From Candidatus Bathyarchaeota archaeon (GTDB taxonomy: Archaea; Thermoproteota; Bathyarchaeia; 40CM-2-53-6), in the NCBI GenBank assembly GCA_005883085.1, contig VBAY01000047.1, forward strand, positions 1 through 40,588: DNA of 40,588 nucleotides. Direction: 5' to 3'. The notes beneath the pieces were generated by a model that was given only the letters and a program-made list of their open reading frames with translations, was not told the origin of the DNA and did no database searches. Below, one piece after another: positions 17,297 through 25,950 of the stretch. Every line of letters begins with the position of its first letter. The stretch's first letter is position 1. Made by a program: the position numbers and the translations under genes.

Positions 17297-19352
17297 GTCC
17301 CGAGCCTTTCACAATTCCGTTCAGCAGTGGATCATAGCCTGGCTGAATCTTAGCTGGGTCAGCAACATTGCAACTGTTAGGAACGTTACGAGCAGCCACA
17401 AAGCCATCCCAGATAGTGCCAGCGCAACTCGCAGACCAATATCGTCCAGGTATGACCGTTGGAGATGTAAGAGTCAACCTAGTGAACGGCCCCACAGCGT
17501 TGAGGTTGACGTCAAACTGTGTCGGACTCAACACGGTAACATCGGTCATGGGCGCTAGAACAGTACCTTGGAACGCGCCTGTATCTTTTAATGTCCGGAA
17601 GCTAAACTTGACATCCCAGCTTGTGACTTTCGTACCGTCATGCCAGAATAGATCATTTCGAAGACTGAAACGGAATGTCGAAACAGTTCCCGGAGGTGGC
17701 TGATAGGTGAGTTCCGAATTGCTCAATTGCAAACTGTTGACGGTCATCCACTCAATTAGCTGACCGTTTGACGAAGGGTTCGCAATGTTAATGCTGTCGT
17801 AGATGTTGGCGATGATGTAAAAGTCCCAGACCGTATTTGCACGGTAGGGATTGAGACTCTGGGTACTCTGTTTGAAGCCTTGCAAGATCGTGCCCGATTG
17901 TGCTGGGGTAGCCGAGTAGGCACTCAGCCAAGTGTTGAAGTTGGCTATCCCGTTACCTTGATGGTTGACGACTCTCTGCCAGTTGCTCAGATACCCGAAC
18001 TGACTCTTCGGAGTGAACAAGGGCACACTCAGTGCTTTGCTACCTGCTCTGTCTTCTGCTCTATAGCCTGCACTGGTTGACGATGGAGTAGTCGTGCCTG
18101 GACAGTTAGCGAACGTTGGAGTCACCTGACCTGGAGTAGGATCGCCAGGGGCGCTGACGCACGAAGCGAACTCCATCTGAGTAGCTAGAGAATCAAAAGT
18201 CGTATCGCAAATGTACTGATAGTTTCCGGCACCAAAGCTTGGAACAGCTAGGTTCGAACAAGGCCCGCTGGGAGGCTGGATGGAGGGAATTCCCGAAACG
18301 AATCGGCTCTGGTCTTGGAAATAGACGAAATCGAAAGGATAAGCGCCTTGGAAACCCGCGGTATACATGTTCCAGTTCTGATTTACACCCGTTGTGCTAG
18401 TAGTGAAACCGGTGAACCCAGTAATTGGACCAGAAGTCTCTGTAACATAGGGCGCGCAACCTCCGGTGAAAGCGCCTGTGAAGAGGGCACACAAAGCCTC
18501 GACGATACTCTGCCCTGCTTGGTACCGAGGCGGGTCATCTATTCTATCATACATATTCACTGTATGAGCGCTTACAGCAGCGTTGATTCCGGTAAGGATG
18601 CATGTGGTCGGGTTCTTACCTGTTGCAAGATTCGCGTGGATGAAGTGGTCTGCTGCAGCACAAAAGTCAGGTGTACCCAATCCTGGAGTCCAAGCGAAAG
18701 TCGGATGAGAAGGCCCAACTCCCGCGGTCGCAGCTGCAAGATGGTACGCTAGACCCCCAGCGGCACCAACCACACAGGCTGGACCAGACTGAGGAAACAG
18801 CGCATCCCAAGCACACGGATTAGGAGAGACAAGCCCGTCGCTAGGAGGAATACCCACGTCAAGTGGGATAGAAACACCTGCAATGTCAGCTTGAGTTGTG
18901 ACAAATGTGTTCTTGTCAATGAGATGGGCAATTCCTTGCCGAACATCGATACCGCAGGCAGAATTGGTAAAGCTGAAATCACAACCCCAGAAGTTGTTGC
19001 CATTGTGGAACTCTATCTCGTCAAAGTCATGGCTTGAAATCGGGGATGTAACAAAGAAGCCTGGATTACCGCTAAGAGAGGCTGTCAACGTGGGGGGAAG
19101 AGGCCAATCAGTCAGATCGATCGTCTTTGCCTGAATATTGTTGAACTCGGAAGCCTGGTCTGCAAAGATCACAGTTACCAGCGTGTCCATTGAAGGACCT
19201 GATGGATACCAAGGCTCGGTCGGCGCCGCGTTCGCATGCGCTAGCTGAACGGCCGGCAGGTGAAGGGTACTGGACGAGAAGGCTGAAAGCCCAGTTAGAG
19301 AGAACGCGACTGCGAAGAGCGTCAGTAGCCTAAAGGTGGACAAGCTTTTCAA
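16770..19352 (-). CDS. Family-5 (DppA/OppA-like) ABC substrate-binding protein, circularly permuted, Cys-rich, with C-terminal degenerate dockerin-like module
   Basis: Signal peptide ending VQLAHA, DVRQGIAHLIDK, SLNPY...IYDS...FSLRNDLFWHDGTKVTSWDVKFS, GSGPW. 20 Cys, no C-terminal TM, directly upstream of dppB. Confidence 0.88.
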   Translation of the reverse strand: MKSLSTFRLLTLFAVAFSLTGLSAFSSSTLHLPAVQLAHANAAPTEPWYPSGPSMDTLVTVIFADQASEFNNIQAKTIDLTDWPLPPTLTASLSGNPGFFVTSPISSHDFDEIEFHNGNNFWGCDFSFTNSACGIDVRQGIAHLIDKNTFVTTQADIAGVSIPLDVGIPPSDGLVSPNPCAWDALFPQSGPACVVGAAGGLAYHLAAATAGVGPSHPTFAWTPGLGTPDFCAAADHFIHANLATGKNPTTCILTGINAAVSAHTVNMYDRIDDPPRYQAGQSIVEALCALFTGAFTGGCAPYVTETSGPITGFTGFTTSTTGVNQNWNMYTAGFQGAYPFDFVYFQDQSRFVSGIPSIQPPSGPCSNLAVPSFGAGNYQYICDTTFDSLATQMEFASCVSAPGDPTPGQVTPTFANCPGTTTPSSTSAGYRAEDRAGSKALSVPLFTPKSQFGYLSNWQRVVNHQGNGIANFNTWLSAYSATPAQSGTILQGFKQSTQSLNPYRANTVWDFYIIANIYDSINIANPSSNGQLIEWMTVNSLQLSNSELTYQPPPGTVSTFRFSLRNDLFWHDGTKVTSWDVKFSFRTLKDTGAFQGTVLAPMTDVTVLSPTQFDVNLNAVGPFTRLTLTSPTVIPGRYWSASCAGTIWDGFVAARNVPNSCNVADPAKIQPGYDPLLNGIVKGSGPWVCQSSTGVRGVGCDSKADGTQNPDIGGSYTLARYGLGHAPGSSLTDSYFHSNGALALWAWSGNNGDFTHDFINFSVVARCVGQAVTGGSTGCGHWQQGIGGDVNGAATKVDVPQIGIVSRFVGVNWVQPFAWPTTPPTGIASFPPTLHEGSATLTPASTAGCGSAYPLGGYDC

Positions 19353-19671
19353 GCTTATCAGCTAGCGACTCGCAACGTTTGACCGTAAAAAGCTATCTAC
19401 AATTTTCCGCCAGAAATGAATCCCCCGCATGATTGAGATATTCATGGAACGCTTCGAGATTCCATGTATGTCTCGCGGAATCGCTTCAAAATGGCAAGAA
19501 AGAAGGAGCAACCCCATCTGCGGACAAGCTATCTACTGCTCTCGGGGCAATCCTTTGATTCACATCCGCCCGGAAGTTTTGTCTGCCTGGCGTCTACCTT
19601 GAGTAAGTCGGCCGTCGGCAACATGTGAGCCTACAACGTTCGGATCATGCAAGGGCCGAGAGTTGAGTGGG

Positions 19672-19695
19672 TAAGAAAAATAAAAGGGGGTTTTT
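19672..19695 (-). terminator. Pyrimidine/U-rich archaeal terminator candidate after the upstream SBP paralog
   Basis: Minus strand reads AAAAACCCCCTTTTATTTTTCTTA about 20 nt after the stop. It is absent after the SBP copy that runs into dppB. Confidence 0.6.
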
Positions 19696-20239
19696 GAGGC
19701 TTGCCGTTGGGTTTAGCAGTCGTATCCGCCTAGCGGATAGGCTGAACCGCAGCCTGCTGTGCTAGCCGGTGTGAGAGTTGCTGAACCCTCGTGCAGTGTT
19801 GGTGGGAACGAGGCTATGCCTGTTGGTGGAGTAGTGGGCCAAGCGAACGGCTGGACCCAGTTGACGCCCACGAATCTCGACACGATGCCGATCTGTGGAA
19901 CATCAACCTTTGTAGCTGCTCCGTTAACATCACCGCCTATACCCTGCTGCCAGTGACCGCAGCCCGTAGAGCCACCTGTCACCGCTTGCCCGACACACCG
20001 GGCGACAACGCTGAAGTTGATGAAGTCATGTGTGAAGTCGCCGTTGTTACCAGACCAGGCCCAGAGAGCCAGAGCACCGTTGCTGTGGAAGTACGAGTCG
20101 GTCAAAGACGAGCCCGGCGCATGACCTAGACCATACCGCGCCAGAGTGTAGCTGCCCCCAATATCAGGGTTCTGAGTTCCATCGGCCTTGGAATCGCATC
20201 CAACACCTCTAACTCCGGTGGAAGACTGGCACACCCAAG
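19693..20239. repeat. 547-bp direct repeat, copy 2
   Basis: Identical by eye to 16750-17296 (offset 2943). Confidence 0.9.
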
Positions 20240-22304
20240 CGCTTGAGCCTATCACTAGACCGTTCAGTAGCGGGTCATAGCCTGGCTGAATCTTAGCATT
20301 GTCCGCGGTCATGCAGCTGTTCGGTACGCTGCCCGCAGCGATGTCATTGTCCCAGGCCGCGCCTGCACATGTCCCAGACCAATATCGTCCGGGGATGATT
20401 GTTGGTCCGGTGAGGGTCAGCTTGGTGAACGGTCCTACAGCGTTGAGGTTGATGTCGAACTGTGTCAGACTCAACACGGTAACGTCGACCATTGGGGCCA
20501 AGCCGCTACCCTGGAATGAGCCTGTGTCTTTCAATGTTCGATAGCTGAACTTGACGTCGTAGGAAGTCACCTTGCGACCATCTTGCCAGTACATGTCGTT
20601 CCGGAGAGTAAACCGGAATGTAGACACGGTACCAGCAGGAGGCGTGTAGCCTAGTGCGGAGTTGTCGAGCTGCAAGCTGTTCACGGTCATCCATTCGAGA
20701 AGCTGACTGTTGCTGAGCGGGTTGATGGCGTTTATGCTATCATAGACGTTGCCGATCATGAAGAAGTCCCAGATTGTACTGGCTATGTATGGGTTGAGAC
20801 TCCTTGTTGTCTCCTTGAAACCTTGTCGTATGGTTCCTGCCTGAGCAGGGTTCGGACTGTATGCGCTGAGCCAAGTGTAGAAGGTGGGGATGCCGTTACC
20901 TTGATGGTTGACGACTCCCTGCCAGTTGCTCAGATACCCGTACTGCGCCTTTGGCGAGAACCAAGGTATCGTGTACGCTCTACTACCTGCTCTGTCTTCT
21001 GCTCTATAGCCCGCACTGGTTGACGATGGAGTAGTCGTGCCTGGACAGTTCGCGAAGGTTGGAGTCACCTGACCTGGAGTAGGATCGCCTGGCGCACTGA
21101 CGCACGAAGCGAACTCCAGTTGTTGGCCGAAAGTGTCACCCACCGTGTCGCAGATGTACATGTAGTTGCCAGCGCTGAAACTTGGAACAGCTAGCGAGGA
21201 GCATGGTCCGTTGGGAGGCTGGATAGAAGGTACTCCCGAGACGAACTGGCCGTGGTGCTGGAAGTATAGGGCGTCGAATGGGAACACGCTACCGTAACCA
21301 GCAGTGTACTCGTTCCAGTTCTGGTTGACACCAGTTGGACTGGTAGTGAAACCAGTGAAACCAGTAATCGGACCTTGTGTCACTGAAACGAAGCCTGCGC
21401 AACCCTGGCTGAACGTGCCCGTAAAGAGGGCACACTGAGCCTCAGCTATGCTTAGGCCTCCTTGGTATCGGGGCGGGTCGTCGATTCTGGTGTACATGTT
21501 CACAACGTGAGCGCTAACAGCGCCACTGATGCCAGTGAGGACACATGTGGTCGGGTTCTTACCTGTTGCAAGATTCGCGTGGATGAAGTGGTCTGCTGCA
21601 GCACAAAAGTCAGGTGTACCCAATCCTGGAGTCCAAGCGAAAGTCGGATGAGAAGGCCCAACCCCCGCGGTCGCAGCTGCAAGATGGTACGCTAGACCCC
21701 CAGCGGCACCAACCACACAGGCTGGACCAGACTGAGGAAACAGCGCATCCCAAGCACACGGATTAGGAGTAGGCAGTCCGAGACTCGGAGGAAGAGCGTT
21801 GTCGATTGGGAGCGAGACTCCTGCAATGTCAGCTTGAGTGGTCGTCAGAATGTTCTTGTCGAGCAGATGAGCGATTCCCTGTCGAATGTCGATACCGCAG
21901 GCAGAATTGGTGAAGCTGAAATCGCAACCCCAGAAGTTGTTGCCATTGTGGAATTCTAGCTCGTCATAGTCGTGGCTTGCAATTTGCGGCGTGACGAAGA
22001 AGCCATTGTTACCGCCGAGTGATGTGATCAGAGCTGGAGTTAGTGGCCAGTCGCTTACGTCGACCAAACCGGCCTGCATCTGCGTGAACTCAGCGTTTTG
22101 GTCTGCATAGATCGTGCTTACGAGTGTGTCGAAAGCTGGACCTGCCGGTATCCATGGCACGTTCGGGGCCGTGGCTGCGTGGGCTAGCTGAACTGATGGA
22201 AGATGTACGTTGCTAGAAAGTGCACCTGGAAGACTTGCGAAAGAGAAAACGACAGCAAAGACTAGCGTTAGTTTGATTATAGATATGTCTTTCAATTTTT
22301 CCAA
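19713..22304 (-). CDS. Second tandem paralog of the permuted family-5 substrate-binding protein with dockerin-like C-terminus
   Basis: Same architecture and the same 20 Cys as 16770-19352; collinear at an offset of 2943 bp. Confidence 0.88.
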   Translation of the reverse strand: MEKLKDISIIKLTLVFAVVFSFASLPGALSSNVHLPSVQLAHAATAPNVPWIPAGPAFDTLVSTIYADQNAEFTQMQAGLVDVSDWPLTPALITSLGGNNGFFVTPQIASHDYDELEFHNGNNFWGCDFSFTNSACGIDIRQGIAHLLDKNILTTTQADIAGVSLPIDNALPPSLGLPTPNPCAWDALFPQSGPACVVGAAGGLAYHLAAATAGVGPSHPTFAWTPGLGTPDFCAAADHFIHANLATGKNPTTCVLTGISGAVSAHVVNMYTRIDDPPRYQGGLSIAEAQCALFTGTFSQGCAGFVSVTQGPITGFTGFTTSPTGVNQNWNEYTAGYGSVFPFDALYFQHHGQFVSGVPSIQPPNGPCSSLAVPSFSAGNYMYICDTVGDTFGQQLEFASCVSAPGDPTPGQVTPTFANCPGTTTPSSTSAGYRAEDRAGSRAYTIPWFSPKAQYGYLSNWQGVVNHQGNGIPTFYTWLSAYSPNPAQAGTIRQGFKETTRSLNPYIASTIWDFFMIGNVYDSINAINPLSNSQLLEWMTVNSLQLDNSALGYTPPAGTVSTFRFTLRNDMYWQDGRKVTSYDVKFSYRTLKDTGSFQGSGLAPMVDVTVLSLTQFDINLNAVGPFTKLTLTGPTIIPGRYWSGTCAGAAWDNDIAAGSVPNSCMTADNAKIQPGYDPLLNGLVIGSSAWVCQSSTGVRGVGCDSKADGTQNPDIGGSYTLARYGLGHAPGSSLTDSYFHSNGALALWAWSGNNGDFTHDFINFSVVARCVGQAVTGGSTGCGHWQQGIGGDVNGAATKVDVPQIGIVSRFVGVNWVQPFAWPTTPPTGIASFPPTLHEGSATLTPASTAGCGSAYPLGGYDC

Positions 22305-22325
22305 AGGAGGCTTCGGGGTTTTTCC

Positions 22326-22366
22326 CTTAAAAGATTATCCCTGAAACGGTCTCCGAGACTGTTTCA
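22326..22366 (-). promoter_or_regulatory. BRE/TATA promoter of the SBP paralog with an adjacent 25-bp palindrome
   Basis: Minus strand GGGATAATCTTTTAAG (22326-22341) about 25 nt before the TTG, directly preceded by TGAAACGGTCTC-C-GAGACTGTTTCA (22342-22366; 11 of 12 pairs Watson-Crick). Confidence 0.65.
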
Positions 22367-22444
22367 AGGTACATCTAGAGCAGGACTGGGATATTTGTAG
22401 AATACCTTGACATTCCGTGTGTTAACAGCGGTATTCCTCGCCGG

Positions 22445-23806
22445 TTATGGCAGGTCGGTGTCCAAAGGGCGCTTTCTCAAGAAACGGGATCCCGCAATAC
22501 CGGCTCCAACTAAAACAAGAAGTGAGATCCCAGCAGACGGGAGGAGGCTCAAGCTTAGGCCCGCAGGCAACGGAGATACTAGCTGAACAAAGATTGATTT
22601 GAGATTATTAGTTAAGACATCTTCGATGATGTTGCTATAGTTCCCGGGCTTTCTCACGTAATCCACGAAAGCATCAATGCGATAGACTCTCGGGCTGTAT
22701 TTGTCTGTCTTCCACTGGGCCGTGAATTCCTTTCGGTTAGTCGGGAGCAGGCCGTGAAAAGTTGTGTTTCCAATGAGGCGCCCCTCCACGCTTATGGTCA
22801 AATTCGCCTCTTCAGTCCTTGTTCCGTTGTTCAAAACCCGCGCAGTGACCGAAATAATAGTGCCTGGTATGACTCCAGCGTCATCGTTAACTGTCGCCGA
22901 GTCAACGGCCAAATCAATCAGATTGTTGATTACAATGATACGCTTGGTCTTGGATGCTGAAACCCCGTAGCTGTCGTCTGCTCTGACAGTGACGTAATAC
23001 GGTTTCCCAATGCTGTAGACGTGGATTATCGTTGCGTTTGAACCCTGCTGGCTTGGATCCGGGTTTCCCCAAATCCAATAATAGTTACTAATAGATCCGC
23101 CCGAGTTCGTGGATCGAGCGGACGCGTTGAAGATGAGCACTCTACCTTGGAGCAGTTCGTTGCCGGTTATCGCAAGGTCAGCGGGAGTGGGGGATACTGT
23201 AAAGTCAACGATAGGTGGAGTGCATGGTGTGCCTGACGTAGGAGGGCAGTCGATATTGGTGAAATACCCGTCAGAGCTAACGGAAGGCAATTCTGTCTGG
23301 TCTAATCCAGCAGTCAAGGTTGCCGAGCGAAAGTGAATCTCGGAGAACCCGCTTCCGAGAATGTCGAATGTCACGTCGAAAAGTTTTCCGCTGGTTGGTG
23401 GCATTGTCGTTGCGGTGAGCAATACGAGCCCGAGAGCGACTACTCCTGCCTGGTCTTCCCCGCCGCATGCTGGCCCATGAGTATCTACGCAATCTCGCAC
23501 CACTGTTGGCTTGCATGAATCGGCTCCCGATGGGCAGAGAACGTTGCCACCATAATCGAGGCCACCAGGTGGCAGAACAGCGCGAAGCACGAGAATGTTG
23601 TATGTAAGCACGACCGCAAAACCATTGATTGCAGGGGCGTCCGTTACATTCACAGTGAACGTAACCTGTCCTGCGGTCTCTCCTAGGAGGAACTGGTTTG
23701 GAGGATTTATCGCGATTTTAGCAGAATCCGCAGCGTGCGCTTGCGGTGTCCCCGGAAACAAGTGGCCGAGGTATGGGTTGCTAGAGAGTGCTAGAATCAT
23801 GATCAT
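22445..23806 (-). CDS. Membrane-anchored scaffold: signal peptide, cohesin-like domain, PKD, CARDB-like Ig, C-terminal TM
   Basis: PQAHA cleavage site. Cohesin-like FTVNVTDAPAINGFAVVLTYNILVL...SGKLFDVTFDILGSGFSEIHF; PKD FNASARS...ISNYYWIWG...HVYS...YYVTVRADD; CARDB DLAVDS...VTARVLNNG...YRIDAFVD...NNL; TM plus RKRP tail. True start may be slightly upstream. Confidence 0.8.
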   Translation of the reverse strand: MIMILALSSNPYLGHLFPGTPQAHAADSAKIAINPPNQFLLGETAGQVTFTVNVTDAPAINGFAVVLTYNILVLRAVLPPGGLDYGGNVLCPSGADSCKPTVVRDCVDTHGPACGGEDQAGVVALGLVLLTATTMPPTSGKLFDVTFDILGSGFSEIHFRSATLTAGLDQTELPSVSSDGYFTNIDCPPTSGTPCTPPIVDFTVSPTPADLAITGNELLQGRVLIFNASARSTNSGGSISNYYWIWGNPDPSQQGSNATIIHVYSIGKPYYVTVRADDSYGVSASKTKRIIVINNLIDLAVDSATVNDDAGVIPGTIISVTARVLNNGTRTEEANLTISVEGRLIGNTTFHGLLPTNRKEFTAQWKTDKYSPRVYRIDAFVDYVRKPGNYSNIIEDVLTNNLKSIFVQLVSPLPAGLSLSLLPSAGISLLVLVGAGIAGSRFLRKRPLDTDLP

Positions 23807-23905
23807 GAGGGTGATGGAGGCTAGCCTTAGCTCTCTTACGCCAACGCTCGTTTCTGGCTCTCCACCGTCAGCTTTGATGATTCAAGGTCTGCAACGGCCG
23901 GGGGT

Positions 23906-23921
23906 CTTAAAAGTTTATCCC
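23906..23921 (-). promoter_or_regulatory. BRE/TATA promoter nearly identical to the SBP paralog promoter
   Basis: Minus strand GGGATAAACTTTTAAG versus GGGATAATCTTTTAAG at 22326-22341 (15 of 16 identical). Confidence 0.6.
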
Positions 23922-24043
23922 GAAAGAAAACTAGACGGATGAAATATTTTGATGGAGGTTTTCGTTTGACACGGGATTTTTCACGAGTCAATCTTTCCCC
24001 ACGAACTTGTAAGAGCGATTTTTCACAGACTACGGGGCGAGCC

Positions 24044-25729
24044 CTATGTTGTGATTCCGTAGTTCCGAGCCGCGACGCCCGCGTCTACGATGTCAACTAT
24101 GCCGTTACCGTTCAGATCGGCGTACGGGTTCCACCTCGAGCATCCGCAATTATGGCTGAACCCGTAGTCATAGAAGATGACTGATACGTCTATCAGGCTG
24201 ACGAGACCATCCTGGTCTATATCACCCAGGGGCAGGATCCAAACCTGGTTCGTGACACCCAAGGGGTCGTCCCCTCGGTTACCGACACTTTCTATCGGTA
24301 CTGTTACAGTTGCCGATAACGCGTAGCGGCCGGGTTTGAAGCCTGTAGTGTTCCAGCTGAAGACGACGCTTGTCGAGCCGCCGATAGCAACATTCCCGGC
24401 CAGCGTGCCGATACTGGAACTGGTAGTATTCATAGCGGTGAGAGTAACTGAGAACGACTCCACAAAATCTCCGGGGTTGCTCACGGTGACTGTGATATTC
24501 ACAACAGGGTTGGCATACTGAGGTACAGGAGCGTACTTCAACGGTGTAGGATATTTCTTGCATGGCTGCGCGCAATTGAGAGGTGCGACGGTTGAGATCT
24601 TCACGTCATGGACCGGGGAGACAGGACTGGAATTCAGCGCCCAGATATCAAAGTCCACAGCGTTAGGACGATCTGAACGGATGAACACCCAGATAGACTT
24701 GTCAGTTGGGGTATTTGACTGAATCGCGGCGGGATTATCATCGTCAACAGGGTAGGCATCGTTCGTTATCTGTGATTCAGTGGACCAAGTACTGCCATTG
24801 TTAGTAGAAAACTTGCTGTAGATCGCCCAGGCCTCCTGATTCACTGGACCCTGAAGCCTCGCCCAGAACAGCCAGATAGTCCCGTTTCGATCCTGCATGA
24901 TCGACGGATGAGCATCAGGCATTGAAGAAGAGACGACCTGTGATTCCGTCCCCCATATTGCCCCATTGTAGGAGTTGTAGAACAGCTGAGAGTTGCTTTC
25001 CGCAGTCGCGCGCTCTTCCCAGACGAGCCTTAGAATCCCATCCTTGCCAACCATCACAGAGGAGCCGTCGTTCAAACTAGTATTAGTCGTCAGCTTCGTA
25101 TCCGGAGACCAAGCGCCATTCCTGACCGTCTTGTAGTACAGCTGATCTTTGAACGTACATGTTGTGGTGCAAGTTGTGTTCTGCCTACTCCAGAAGAGCC
25201 AGAGTGTACCATCTCTGGCCACAGTGGCTGATGGAGCCGTATCGTTGAGGTTGGTGGAAGTTAGCTGGATCCTATTCGACCAGAACTCGTTACCGTACTT
25301 GTCCACATGGTATTTTTCGTAGACGATCTTGTAGCTGTTCCCGATGAGTGAAGACCAGAACAAGATTACAGTGTCGTTGGCAAACTGGGCCAGCGCTGGG
25401 GAGGCATTGTTACCCGTCGAAAATAGATTCACGTTCGTTAAGTTAACTGGATTATTCCAGAGGCCCCCCGTTCGCGTCTTGTAGAAGATGTCGAATTTTG
25501 GAAAAGACTGGTTGAAACGACTTGACTGCCACGCCATCCAGAGGGTACCGTTCCTTGCTTGGAGAACGCTTGGAAGGAGATCCAGTCCAGGAGACTGATC
25601 GACCCGTGTCGGACCAGTCCACGTGTATGGTGGACTCGCACTAACCATATGGATAGACTCTGGAACAAGCGCTACTGAAAGGATTACGATGCTAATCGCT
25701 AGGAATGATGTCTTGCTGTTAGCTCCCAT
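24044..25729 (-). CDS. Secreted Asp-box (BNR-like) beta-propeller + CARDB-like Ig + C-terminal dockerin
   Basis: ATG 25729 (MGANSKTSFLAISIVILSVALV) downstream of TTATAA at ~25797-25802. Six blade repeats (PS...xxNGTLWxxW), Asp-box STNNGSTW, dockerin GDIDQDGLVSLIDVSVIFYDYG...WNPYADLNGNGIVDIVDAGVAARNYG (24047-24226). Confidence 0.85.
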   Translation of the reverse strand: MGANSKTSFLAISIVILSVALVPESIHMVSASPPYTWTGPTRVDQSPGLDLLPSVLQARNGTLWMAWQSSRFNQSFPKFDIFYKTRTGGLWNNPVNLTNVNLFSTGNNASPALAQFANDTVILFWSSLIGNSYKIVYEKYHVDKYGNEFWSNRIQLTSTNLNDTAPSATVARDGTLWLFWSRQNTTCTTTCTFKDQLYYKTVRNGAWSPDTKLTTNTSLNDGSSVMVGKDGILRLVWEERATAESNSQLFYNSYNGAIWGTESQVVSSSMPDAHPSIMQDRNGTIWLFWARLQGPVNQEAWAIYSKFSTNNGSTWSTESQITNDAYPVDDDNPAAIQSNTPTDKSIWVFIRSDRPNAVDFDIWALNSSPVSPVHDVKISTVAPLNCAQPCKKYPTPLKYAPVPQYANPVVNITVTVSNPGDFVESFSVTLTAMNTTSSSIGTLAGNVAIGGSTSVVFSWNTTGFKPGRYALSATVTVPIESVGNRGDDPLGVTNQVWILPLGDIDQDGLVSLIDVSVIFYDYGFSHNCGCSRWNPYADLNGNGIVDIVDAGVAARNYGITT

Positions 25730-25902
25730 ATTGTGATCACTTCTGTGGGGAAACCTCGCCGATAAGCGCAACCAGCTCAGGATTTCTTTACACAACTTAT
25801 AAGACTTCCTTGAATTGGAGACGCGTCCGGATAGATGTCGTGCTCTCTGGCAGTATGTTTGTTGCTGGAGGTTGAACCGGTTATATCGTGCGGAAACAAC
25901 TC

Positions 25903-25932
25903 TGAGGAGAAGAAAAGAAAGAGGGGATTTGA
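25903..25932 (-). terminator. Pyrimidine-rich terminator candidate
   Basis: Minus strand AAATCCCCTCTTTCTTTTCTTCTCCTC shortly after the stop at 25951. Confidence 0.5.
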
Positions 25933-25950
25933 AACTCGTTACGGGACTTG

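Noticed and set aside
16750-22304. Diversity-generating retroelement (template/variable repeat pair) in the SBP duplicates
   Set aside because: No reverse transcriptase is present, differences are not adenine-specific, and both copies are full genes.
23975-24026. 10-bp direct repeat GATTTTTCAC (23975, 24017); similarly GGTAAGACT at 5175 and 5228
   Set aside because: Short two-copy repeats could arise by chance, and there is no independent support for function.
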